A DNA stretch of 64,000 bases from Fimbriimonas ginsengisoli (GTDB taxonomy: Bacteria > Armatimonadota > Fimbriimonadia > Fimbriimonadales > Fimbriimonadaceae): assembly GCA_016179045.1 (NCBI GenBank), contig JACOSL010000039.1:45439-109438 (forward strand), in the 5' to 3' direction. Positions 49,960-57,653 of the stretch are shown here, piece after piece (the first letter of the stretch is position 1; every line of letters begins with the position of its first letter). The notes below the pieces were generated by a model. It saw only the letters and a program-made list of their open reading frames with translations, was not told the origin of the DNA and searched no databases. Position numbers and translations under genes: made by a program.

Positions 49960-50316
49960 TGGTGGAGGCGGCGGGAATTGAACCCGCTTCCAAGATCGTC
50001 GGTCCCTCAGTCACCACGAGCGTCTCCCCTGTACTTTTTCTCGACGCCGCCCTCTGCCGGGGCCGCCTGGGCGGGCGTCCAGTTCGATTGTTTTAGGCCG
50101 GGTCGCTCCGAACAGAAGCTTCACGGACGGTTCGGATTTGGCTAGACCCGATTCTCTTCCCTACCGACTCGGGAGGAGGCGGACCCGCGGGGTTTTAGGC
50201 CGCGTAAGCGTAACTTTCGTTCGCAGTTGCTTTTTGCCGGATGATTAACGAGGCCAACCGACGTCCTCGGCTCGCAACCGAAGGTCGAACCGGCCCTGTC
50301 GAACCCGTTCGCCCCC
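49960..50316 (-). ncRNA. ssrA: tmRNA (SsrA)
   Basis: On the minus strand the 5' end is GGGGGCGAACGGGTTCGACAGGG and the 3' end is GCGGGTTCAATTCCCGCCGCCTCCACCA. That gives a tRNA-Ala-like acceptor with a G3:U pair, a T arm and an encoded CCA. The tag frame is GCA ACT GCG AAC GAA AGT TAC GCT TAC GCG GCC TAA (50230..50195), i.e. ATANESYAYAA. Confidence 0.93.
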
Positions 50317-50371
50317 AATCGTCACTCAGTATAGACCATCGGCGGGCACTGGCCGGTTCCCGAGGGCAGCC

Positions 50372-53008
50372 CTACAATCCCGCTGCTCGGAAGCGCAGGC
50401 GCAAGAGGCTCTTGATCTGCATCAGGGTGAAGCCGACGAGGATCGCGCCCATCACCCAGGCGGCGGCGGTGGCGTAGCCGAACTTGAGGAACAGGAACGC
50501 GCTCGTCCACACCTCCAGCCCGATCGTATGGGTCGAGTAGAGCGGCCCGCCCCCGGTGAGCACGAACACACTGTCCATCGCCTTGAACCCGGCGATAAAC
50601 ACGCCGAGGAGGTTGATCAGGATGAGCGGGCGAAGGCCGGGGAGCATAACGCGCCATATCTTCCCCCACCAACTCGCGCCATCAAGGTCGGCCGCCTCGT
50701 AGCGCTCAGCGGGAATGTTCTTGAGCGCGGCTAGATACAGAATCGAGCCGGGGCCGGCGCCCGCCCAGATGCCGGGGAGCACCACCGCGAACATTGCCAG
50801 GTGGGTGCTGCCCAACCAGTCGTGCGACTTCTCGACGTGCCACCAGGGCTGGATCGCGTTGAGCGCGTCGGCTATCGGGGCGAGTATCGAGTTCAAGATG
50901 CCGCTCTCCGAGCGGTCGTAGAACTGCCGCCAGAGGAAGGCGATCACGATCGGGCTGGTCATCGCGGGCAGATAGAACACGGTGCGGAAGAACACCTTGA
51001 ATCGAGGGATCTCGTTGAGGGCGATGGCAAGGAAGATGGGTAGGAAGAACCCGATCACGAGGCTGAGGGCCACGTAGAGAAAGCTGTTTAAGAGCGAGCG
51101 GTAGAAGATGGGCGAGGTGAACGCGGTGACGAAGTTGTCAACGCCGACCCAGCGGCTGCCTTTGACGATCCGGTAGTCCTGGAAGGCGATGATGAGGCCG
51201 CGCAGGAGGGGGTAGTACGCCCACACAATGAGGCTTGCGGCGGCGGGGGCCATGCAGAGGGCGACGAAGCGGGCGGCGCGGCGATGGGTGCGGGCCGACC
51301 CTCCTCCCCCTGTTCCAAGGGGGAGGGCCTGTGAGCGAGAGCGAACAGGGGTGGAGGTCGTCTGATTTGGAGGCGCACCTAAATCACCTCCATCCGGTCT
51401 CGGCAAGCCTTCGACCGACTTCCCCCTGCGCGGCAAGGGGAAGATGGCCGGAGCACTGGCACTCGTACCGTCCCTACCCGGATGGACCGACGCCGACCCA
51501 TCATCGGAGGGGGGATAGCCTCCAGACGGAACGTCTGGAGGCATGGCGAAACGCGCGGCACGACGCCATGCGGCGATACCCCACCAGGCGAGGGTGAGGA
51601 AAAACGCGCCCAAGATTCCGGTCGCCCAACCGCGCTGGCGCGCAAGCACGTCGGGCGGGGTGTAGCCGAGCAGCTTGCGATCCATCTGCCGGGCGACGTC
51701 GTGCAAGATCGAACGGGCGGGAGTATCGGGTTCGAGCACGGCGCGGTCGAGGGCTTCGTCGAGCACGAGATAGGCCTGCTGGCAGTTGCGGCCGTACGGC
51801 TCGGGGTGGCCGGACTTGAACACCTCGTCGTTGGCGCGCACCCACCCGGGATCGATGGTGGCAAGCTGGTCCTTGTAGCCGAAGCGGCGCAGCCAGGTCG
51901 GAATGACGAGGTTGCCCATCCCCATCTCAACGAAGCGCTGGGTGTTGATCTTCGCCGCCTCGTCGCCCGCGAAGTAACGGATGAACCGCCAGCAGGCGTC
52001 GAGCTTCTTGGGATCGGTGACGGAGGCGTTGATCGCCCACATGCCGGCGTTGATCTCGTTCGCATGGCCGTCGGGACCGGCGGGCAGCGCGGCGACCCCG
52101 ATGAGCGACGGGTTGAGGTCGGCCATGTTCATCACCACGTCGCCCGTGTAGCCCAGCCACATCGAGACCTTGCCATCGAGGATGTCTTGCGAATACGTGG
52201 GCGACACGGCGGCGACGGGGCCGTGGCTCTTGCCATCCTTGCCGGTCCAAGTCTCGGCCACGAGGCGGCGATAGAAATCAAGCGCGGTGGCCACCTGAGG
52301 CGTATCGATTGTGGAGCGCCAGAAACCGCCTTCGGCAGGCTCAACCACCTCGCCGCCCGCCTGCCAGACGAAGTCCACCCAGTGGTAACCGCGGCTGCCC
52401 ATGCCGTTGCTGAAGGCAAAGCCGTTGCGGCCCTCCTTTGATTCGGTCAGACGGCGGCCATAGGCGAGGAACTCATCCCAATCGCTTGGGGGCCGGTTCG
52501 GGTCGAGGCCCGCCTCGGCAAAATGGTCGCGCCGGTAATACAGCGCCATCGCGACCTGAAACCACGGGATCGCGTAGAGCTTGCCGTCGTAGCTGCGCAG
52601 CACCTTGCCGACGATCGGATTGAGTCGCTCGAGCGCTTCGGGGTTTTTGGCGACGAGGTCGTCGAGCGGGCGGCAGAAACCCTGATCGATGTAGTTGTAG
52701 TACTGGCGGAAGTTGACGTAGAACACGTCTGGCGCGGTATCGCCCGCCATCGACATGAGGAAGCCCGACTCCTGCATGTCGCCTTTCAGCTCCAAGCCGC
52801 CCGCGTTGACCACCTCGACGTCAGGGTTCTGGCGATGGAACTCCTCGAACACGGCGCGCCGGGCAAGCGAGCGGGGGTTGGTGTCTTCTTTGGGTGGGAT
52901 GCCCTGCGATGGGCCCGCCATCATGCGGATCGTGGTCTTCTGAGCCGCGGCGAGCGCGCAGGCGAGAAACGCCACGCAGCAGATGAGCGCCCGGCCCCAG
53001 ATCGGCAT
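50372..53008 (-). CDS. fusion of a family-1 extracellular solute-binding protein and a MalF/UgpA-type ABC permease, joined by an extra TM helix and a low-complexity linker
   Basis: A single uninterrupted 878-codon ORF. The N-terminus has a signal peptide plus an SBP_bac_1-like domain. The extra TM helix is GWATGILGAFFLTLAWWGIAAW. A ~100-aa Pro/Gly/Ser/Arg linker follows, then a permease with a 6-TM layout and an EAA-type loop region (AERYEAADLDGASWWGKIWRVMLP). Confidence 0.75.
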   Translation of the reverse strand: MPIWGRALICCVAFLACALAAAQKTTIRMMAGPSQGIPPKEDTNPRSLARRAVFEEFHRQNPDVEVVNAGGLELKGDMQESGFLMSMAGDTAPDVFYVNFRQYYNYIDQGFCRPLDDLVAKNPEALERLNPIVGKVLRSYDGKLYAIPWFQVAMALYYRRDHFAEAGLDPNRPPSDWDEFLAYGRRLTESKEGRNGFAFSNGMGSRGYHWVDFVWQAGGEVVEPAEGGFWRSTIDTPQVATALDFYRRLVAETWTGKDGKSHGPVAAVSPTYSQDILDGKVSMWLGYTGDVVMNMADLNPSLIGVAALPAGPDGHANEINAGMWAINASVTDPKKLDACWRFIRYFAGDEAAKINTQRFVEMGMGNLVIPTWLRRFGYKDQLATIDPGWVRANDEVFKSGHPEPYGRNCQQAYLVLDEALDRAVLEPDTPARSILHDVARQMDRKLLGYTPPDVLARQRGWATGILGAFFLTLAWWGIAAWRRAARFAMPPDVPSGGYPPSDDGSASVHPGRDGTSASAPAIFPLPRRGKSVEGLPRPDGGDLGAPPNQTTSTPVRSRSQALPLGTGGGGSARTHRRAARFVALCMAPAAASLIVWAYYPLLRGLIIAFQDYRIVKGSRWVGVDNFVTAFTSPIFYRSLLNSFLYVALSLVIGFFLPIFLAIALNEIPRFKVFFRTVFYLPAMTSPIVIAFLWRQFYDRSESGILNSILAPIADALNAIQPWWHVEKSHDWLGSTHLAMFAVVLPGIWAGAGPGSILYLAALKNIPAERYEAADLDGASWWGKIWRVMLPGLRPLILINLLGVFIAGFKAMDSVFVLTGGGPLYSTHTIGLEVWTSAFLFLKFGYATAAAWVMGAILVGFTLMQIKSLLRLRFRAAGL
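51518..51542. repeat. perfect 11-bp-stem hairpin GCCTCCAGACG-GAA-CGTCTGGAGGC inside the SBP::permease ORF
   Basis: Read directly from the sequence. It has the same core as 7283..7307. On the coding (minus) strand it is translated as PPDVPSGG. Confidence 0.8.
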
Positions 53009-53077
53009 GGCGCAAACTTACCCCGCCATTCGTGGCAGGCCACTTATCAGCACTGCCTCGTCCCCTCACCCAACCTG

Positions 53078-53184
53078 CCCCACCCTCAAGGGAGGGGATG
53101 TTCTTCTTTGGCTCGCTCGCGCCGATTTCATCGGGGCTCGCTCACCCGTTCTTTTCGCAACGACATCCCTGGCGTTGCCTGAAG
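53078..53184. repeat. copy C of the three-hairpin interspersed repeat
   Basis: H1 is CCCC-A-CCC[TCAA]GGG-A-GGGG (53079-53098), H2 is GCCGAT[TTC]ATCGG (about 53121-53135) flanked by GGCTCGCTC and GCTCGCTCAC, and H3 is CAACGACA[TCCC]TGGCGTTG (53158-53177). It lies between the SBP::permease start and the recA promoter. Confidence 0.75.
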
Positions 53185-53332
53185 TGGCCCTGTTCGAGCG
53201 AGGTCAAGGATCGCTCCCAAGGGAGGAAGCCGCAGCGCACCACCCCAGCTAGGCAACGCCTCTTGCAAATAACATATGCGTGGCCGCGCAAAGCATTTCT
53301 GTAGAAAATGTGCGCGACCCTGCAAAAACATG

Positions 53333-53361
53333 TTGACGCGCGTGCGCTATTCTGTTACACT
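53333..53361 (+). promoter_or_regulatory. candidate sigma-70 promoter of recA: TTGACG -17 nt- TACACT
   Basis: The -35 is at 53333-53338, the spacer is 17 nt, and the -10 is at 53356-53361, 30 nt upstream of the recA ATG. Sequence pattern only. Confidence 0.5.
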
Positions 53362-53390
53362 GTAGCTTGCGCGTCGATCCGAGGTACTCC

Positions 53391-54455
53391 ATGGCATCCG
53401 ACAAGTCCGTTCTTACTCCCCGCGAGGGCCGCCCCGAACGCGAGCGGGCGCTCGAACTCGCTCTCGGCCAGCTCGAGAAGACTTTTGGCAAGGGCGCGGT
53501 CATGCGAATGGGCGATGGCACCCGCGAGGCGGTGTCGGCGATTTCGACGGGCTGCCTCAGCCTCGACGTGGCGCTGGGAGTTGGGGGTCTGCCGCGAGGC
53601 CGTATCGCGGAGATTTACGGCACCGAATCTAGCGGTAAGACCACCCTGGCGCTGCACGTGATAGCAGAGGCGCAACGGCACGGGGGCCTAGCGCTCTTCG
53701 TGGACGCCGAGCATGCGCTCGACACGGAATACGCGCGGGCGCTCGGCGTCGATGTCGACAAGCTGTACATCGCCCAGCCGACCTCGGGCGAGGAGGCCCT
53801 CGAAATCGCCGACGCAATGATCCGCTCCGGCGCGATCGACATAGTCGTGCTCGACTCGGTCGCCGCGCTCGTGCCGAAAGCGGAGTTCGAAGGCGAGATG
53901 GGCGATTCGTTCGTCGGCATCCAGGCGCGCATGATGTCGCAGGCACTGCGCAAGCTAGGCGGAAACATCAGCAAATCGAACACGGTGGCGCTGTTCATCA
54001 ACCAGCTCCGCGAAAAGATCGGCGTGATGTACGGGAACCCCGAGGTCACCCCCGGCGGAAGGGCGCTCAAGTTTTGGGCCTCGGTTCGGCTGGAGGTGCG
54101 TCGCGGCGATGCGATCAAAGTCGGGACCGAGCAGATCGGTTCGCGCACCAAGGTGAAGGTAGTGAAGAACAAGGTCGCGCCGCCTTTCCGGTCGACCGAG
54201 TTCGACATCATCTATGGGCGAGGCATCAGCCGTGCGGGTGATTTGCTCGACGTGGCCGCCGGGCGCGGGATCGTAGGGCGCTCGGGCACTTACTTCAACT
54301 ACGGCGAGATCCGGCTGGGGCAGGGGCGAGACAACGCGAGGGCCTACCTGGAAGATAACCCGGCGCTGCTCAACGAGATCGACGGGAAGCTGCGCGCGCA
54401 GCACCAGAGCGATCGGGCGGCTAGCCAGGCCGTTGCTCTCGCCGGCGTCGACTAG
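53391..54455 (+). CDS. recA: recombinase RecA
   Basis: [23 protein letters not shown], Walker [34 protein letters not shown] and [27 protein letters not shown] at 53391. Confidence 0.97.
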   Translation: MASDKSVLTPREGRPERERALELALGQLEKTFGKGAVMRMGDGTREAVSAISTGCLSLDVALGVGGLPRGRIAEIYGTESSGKTTLALHVIAEAQRHGGLALFVDAEHALDTEYARALGVDVDKLYIAQPTSGEEALEIADAMIRSGAIDIVVLDSVAALVPKAEFEGEMGDSFVGIQARMMSQALRKLGGNISKSNTVALFINQLREKIGVMYGNPEVTPGGRALKFWASVRLEVRRGDAIKVGTEQIGSRTKVKVVKNKVAPPFRSTEFDIIYGRGISRAGDLLDVAAGRGIVGRSGTYFNYGEIRLGQGRDNARAYLEDNPALLNEIDGKLRAQHQSDRAASQAVALAGVD

Positions 54456-54924
54456 GGAGTTGAGCAGCGATGCGCCCGACGCCCCGGTCTTGAGCGCCGC
54501 GCTTGCGCTCTTGCGCAAGCGCGACCGGTTTGAGGCGGAACTGCGGGCGATGCTGCTTTCAAAGGGGCATTCGGAATCCTCCCTTGAATCGGCCCTTGCT
54601 TGGCTTCGGGCGAAGGACGTGCTCAACGACCGACGTGCGGTTGAGTCAGCGGTGGCCCGTAGCGAAGGGCGCTCGGCAAAGGGGTGCGAGGCGCTACGCG
54701 ACGCCCTTGTGGCCCGCGAGGCGCCGCCAGCCCTGATCGACGAGGCTCTCGCCGCGTTGGAGCCAGAGCCGATCCGAGCTCGCCGCGCACTCGAGGCGGC
54801 CCCCTCCTCGACCCGAGCCAAGCGCACGCGGGCTGATCGATATTTGGCCTCGCGCGCGTTCGATGGGGAATCAATCTCGTCGGCATTGGAAGCTATGGGG
54901 CTGGGAAGCGCCACCGAATCCTAA
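54433..54924 (+). CDS. recX: RecX family regulatory protein
   Basis: Immediately downstream of recA and overlapping it. It has the three-helix-repeat pattern ([44 protein letters not shown]...). The start is uncertain. A TTG at 54460 is an alternative. Confidence 0.7.
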   Translation: MLSPASTRELSSDAPDAPVLSAALALLRKRDRFEAELRAMLLSKGHSESSLESALAWLRAKDVLNDRRAVESAVARSEGRSAKGCEALRDALVAREAPPALIDEALAALEPEPIRARRALEAAPSSTRAKRTRADRYLASRAFDGESISSALEAMGLGSATES

Positions 54925-54955
54925 TCCCCGGCTCAGGTACCTTCGCTAAGGGGCA

Positions 54956-55756
54956 ATGGGCGGATACCGCATTCTCTTCATCGGCGACATCGTGGGCAAG
55001 CCGGGCCGCCAGATCCTGCGCGAGGGCCTGCCGAGCCTGCGGCAGACGCACGATCCCCTGTTCGTCATCGCAAACGGCGAGAACGCGGCCGGGGGGGTCG
55101 GAATCACGCCCGATATCGCGGAAGAGATCCTTTCCCAAGGCGTGGACGCCATTACCCTCGGCAATCACGCCTTCCATAAGCGGGAAATCTATCCATATCT
55201 CGATTCCGGGCGTCCAATTGTCCGGCCGTCGAATATGCCGCCCGGGGTGCCCGGCTCGGGTCTGGTTACGATCGAGCGGAGCGGCATTCGTCTGGCGGTC
55301 ATGAATCTCTGCGGACGCGTGTTTCTGGATACCTACGACGATCCCTTCCGCGAGATCGATCGGCTGATCGCAGGGCTCGACACCCCTCACCGGTTCGTCG
55401 ATTTTCATGCGGAGGCGTCTAGCGAGAAGCAAGCTTTCGCGTTCTATGTCGACGGGCGGGTATCCGCGGTTGTCGGCACGCACACCCACGTGCAGACTGC
55501 CGACGAGCGCTTGTTGGAGGGCGGAACCGCAACGATCACCGACGCGGGAATGACTGGGCCCGTTCCGAGCGTCATTGGAATGGATCGCGATATTATTCTC
55601 AAACGGTTTCTCACCGGCATGCCGCACCGCTTCGACGTTGCGGTTCAGCCTGGTGTAATCTGTGGGGTGGTCGTCGAGATCGACGAAGACAGCGGCCTCG
55701 CGCTCGGGATCGAGCGGTTTCAGTTTGGTGAGCGCGCCGCAGGGAGCCAGAGATGA
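54956..55756 (+). CDS. ymdB: YmdB-like (TIGR00282) metallophosphoesterase
   Basis: ILFIGDIVGKPGR, ANGENAAGG.GIT, TLGNH and VDFHAEA.SEK blocks. It occupies the recA-linked position seen in Firmicutes. Confidence 0.85.
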   Translation: MGGYRILFIGDIVGKPGRQILREGLPSLRQTHDPLFVIANGENAAGGVGITPDIAEEILSQGVDAITLGNHAFHKREIYPYLDSGRPIVRPSNMPPGVPGSGLVTIERSGIRLAVMNLCGRVFLDTYDDPFREIDRLIAGLDTPHRFVDFHAEASSEKQAFAFYVDGRVSAVVGTHTHVQTADERLLEGGTATITDAGMTGPVPSVIGMDRDIILKRFLTGMPHRFDVAVQPGVICGVVVEIDEDSGLALGIERFQFGERAAGSQR

Positions 55757-56775
55757 TGCGGTTTTGGACAGCGATGCTCGCGGTGGCGGGGCTGACAGTT
55801 TGGGCCGGCGCCGACCGCCCGGTGATTTATGCCGCGGGCCATTCCCTCAAAGATCAACGCATCGCCCTTACGGCGTGGGGAAGCGGCACCGTGGCCGAAA
55901 GCGATGAGACAGCGTTTGAGGGCACCAAGTCGATCCGGATCTCTTCGCGCAATTTCTTCCAAGGAGGAATCCTGTCTTTCGGCTCCCCGATCAACCTAAG
56001 CGAAGCCTTTTCCGATACCAACAATCTCGTGCGCCTCACATTCCGCTTCGCTGATTCCAACATGACGATCCCAGGTGGTCCCAATCCACAAGGGAACCCG
56101 GGCCGAGGCGGAGGCCGGGGCGGCGACGGATATGCGCCGGTGATCCCAGGCGTCTCAATCGGATTCGGCTTCATGCAGCGAGGCGGAGGTGGCGAGGGAG
56201 GCGGCGGCGGCCAAGGCCAGCCGCAGCCCGGCGCGCAACCTGTGGCGGTGCGTCCCCCGGTTCCCCCCGCGCTACTCGACACGATCCGGGTTATCGTCAC
56301 AACGACCGACAACCTGAAGTCCGAGCTTTACCTTCCAGTTGCCAACAGCTACCTTGCCGAACGAGGCTGGCGCACGACCTCGTTCCCGCTCCAGGCGGTT
56401 TCAGGCTTTGCCCGGACGAACAAGGTGGTCAGGCAGATCGCGGTTTCGCTCGAGTCAACGGCCACGATGTTCGTCGGCGACATTCGAGTGGTGCAGGATT
56501 CCACCCCGATCTCAGTGGACGTCAACGCGACCACGTTGAACTTAGCCCTGAACGACAAGGTGACTCTGCGTGCGCGGGGGTTCGCCGGCTCGACGCTGCT
56601 GAAGTACGAATGGAACTTCGACCAGGGCGATGCCAAGCAAGTCGACGCGGTGGGGCCCGTGGTGGCACGTGTGTTTCGCAAGCCGGGCACGTACTACATC
56701 ACGCTCACGGTGCGAGATAAGTACGGCCTGAAGCAGCCCGTAAGCAAGGTAATCACCGCGGTCGTCAACCCCTAG
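55753..56775 (+). CDS. secreted protein with a Gly-rich low-complexity core and a C-terminal PKD domain
   Basis: Signal peptide MMRFWTAMLAVAGLTVWAGA, a G/P/Q-rich segment (GRGGGRGGDG...GGGGEGGGGGQGQPQPG) and a PKD-like YEWNFDQGD...GTYYITLTVRDKYG. Confidence 0.65.
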   Translation: MMRFWTAMLAVAGLTVWAGADRPVIYAAGHSLKDQRIALTAWGSGTVAESDETAFEGTKSIRISSRNFFQGGILSFGSPINLSEAFSDTNNLVRLTFRFADSNMTIPGGPNPQGNPGRGGGRGGDGYAPVIPGVSIGFGFMQRGGGGEGGGGGQGQPQPGAQPVAVRPPVPPALLDTIRVIVTTTDNLKSELYLPVANSYLAERGWRTTSFPLQAVSGFARTNKVVRQIAVSLESTATMFVGDIRVVQDSTPISVDVNATTLNLALNDKVTLRARGFAGSTLLKYEWNFDQGDAKQVDAVGPVVARVFRKPGTYYITLTVRDKYGLKQPVSKVITAVVNP

Positions 56776-56879
56776 CCCCGCTGGTTTGCAAAGTTCCTCG
56801 CAAAAATCCTTGCTCGTGGAGCGAGGTTGTCATACACTGGAATGGGGCTCGGCCCGGTGTAGGGATCGTTGAGGGCACG

Positions 56880-57572
56880 GTGTTGATAACGAGGGCGGAC
56901 GTACGATCGGCCAGCTTTGGCCTGATGCACGACGAGGAGATGGTCGGCCTCGCCCGGGCCGGAAATCGCAATGCAGCCGAGTTTCTGATCTCGCGATATC
57001 GGCCGCTTGTGGAGAGCAAGGCCCGCTCCTACTTTGTGATCGGCGCCGACCGAGAGGATGTCATCCAGGAAGGGATGATCGGCCTATTCAAGGCGATTCG
57101 CGACTTTCGAGATGACCGCGCCAATAAGTTTCGCCCGTTCGCCGAGCTTTGCGTGACGCGGCAGATTATCACGGCGGTTAAGACGGCCACTCGGCAAAAG
57201 CACGGACCGCTCAACGCCTATGTCTCGCTGACCCGGCCGTATTCCGGCGATTCGGTCGATAGCCCCTTGCTCGACGTGCTTTCGGCCGAGGGACCGCCAG
57301 ACCAGGAGACCGCCGTCTTCGGGCATAGGGTGCCGCCGGACACGTACGAAGCGCTTGCGAAGACGTTGAGCCCGCTCGAACATAGTGTCCTGCGGCACTA
57401 TCTTTCGGGCATGTCTTATCGGGACATGGGAAGCGCGCTGTCATGCCAGGCAAAGAGCATCGACAACGCGCTGCAGAGAGTTAAGCGGAAGATCGGTGCG
57501 GTCCTCAAGGACTGGTGGTCCAATGAGGCGAATATCGCGTCTAAGCTCCCGGTATCGGCCAGGGACCTTTGA
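56880..57572 (+). CDS. sigH: sigma-70 family sigma factor of the SigH (Spo0H) type
   Basis: From memory, these blocks are near-identical to B. subtilis SigH: KARSYFVIGADREDVIQEGMIGLFKAIRDF, FAELCVTRQIITAVKTATRQKH.PLN and KSIDNALQRVKRK. The start is either the GTG at 56880 or the ATG at 56925. Confidence 0.85.
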   Translation: MLITRADVRSASFGLMHDEEMVGLARAGNRNAAEFLISRYRPLVESKARSYFVIGADREDVIQEGMIGLFKAIRDFRDDRANKFRPFAELCVTRQIITAVKTATRQKHGPLNAYVSLTRPYSGDSVDSPLLDVLSAEGPPDQETAVFGHRVPPDTYEALAKTLSPLEHSVLRHYLSGMSYRDMGSALSCQAKSIDNALQRVKRKIGAVLKDWWSNEANIASKLPVSARDL

Positions 57573-57621
57573 GTTGCGGACACTTGTTCTCGGGTGACCG
57601 TATGTGTCTATACTGAGGAGG

Positions 57622-57645
57622 ATTAACGCGACGCAATGCGTTAAT
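57622..57645. promoter_or_regulatory. perfect 8-bp inverted repeat ATTAACGC-N8-GCGTTAAT immediately upstream of the LuxR-type gene
   Basis: Read directly from the sequence in an AT-richer intergenic stretch. It ends 9 nt before the ATG at 57654. It is a candidate operator or 5' hairpin. Function unknown. Confidence 0.3.
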
Positions 57646-57653
57646 ATTTGCAA

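Noticed and set aside
49660-50371. Island insertion at tmRNA
   Set aside because: I found no integrase and no duplicated ssrA 3' segment in the window. The flank is occupied by the interspersed repeat instead.
50372-53008. Possibility that the 878-aa ORF is really two genes (SBP and permease) with an open intergenic spacer
   Set aside because: This is not adopted as the primary call. There is no in-frame stop anywhere. There is also no ATG, GTG or TTG with an RBS before the permease TM1, other than an ATG that would truncate TM1 and remove its positively charged cytoplasmic N-terminus. It remains possible if the assembly has an indel. See the finding at 51250-51600.
53955-54914. 319-aa minus-strand ORF
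   Set aside because: It lies antisense to the recA 3' end and to recX.
56090-56260. Gly/Pro/Gln-rich stretch as a tandem DNA repeat or CRISPR-like array
   Set aside because: It is in-frame low-complexity coding sequence of the PKD protein, with no regular repeat-spacer periodicity.
57560-57620. Sigma-70 promoter TTGTTC...TATACT upstream of the LuxR-type gene
   Set aside because: The spacer is 19 nt and there is no proper extended -10, so the support is too weak to list as a feature.
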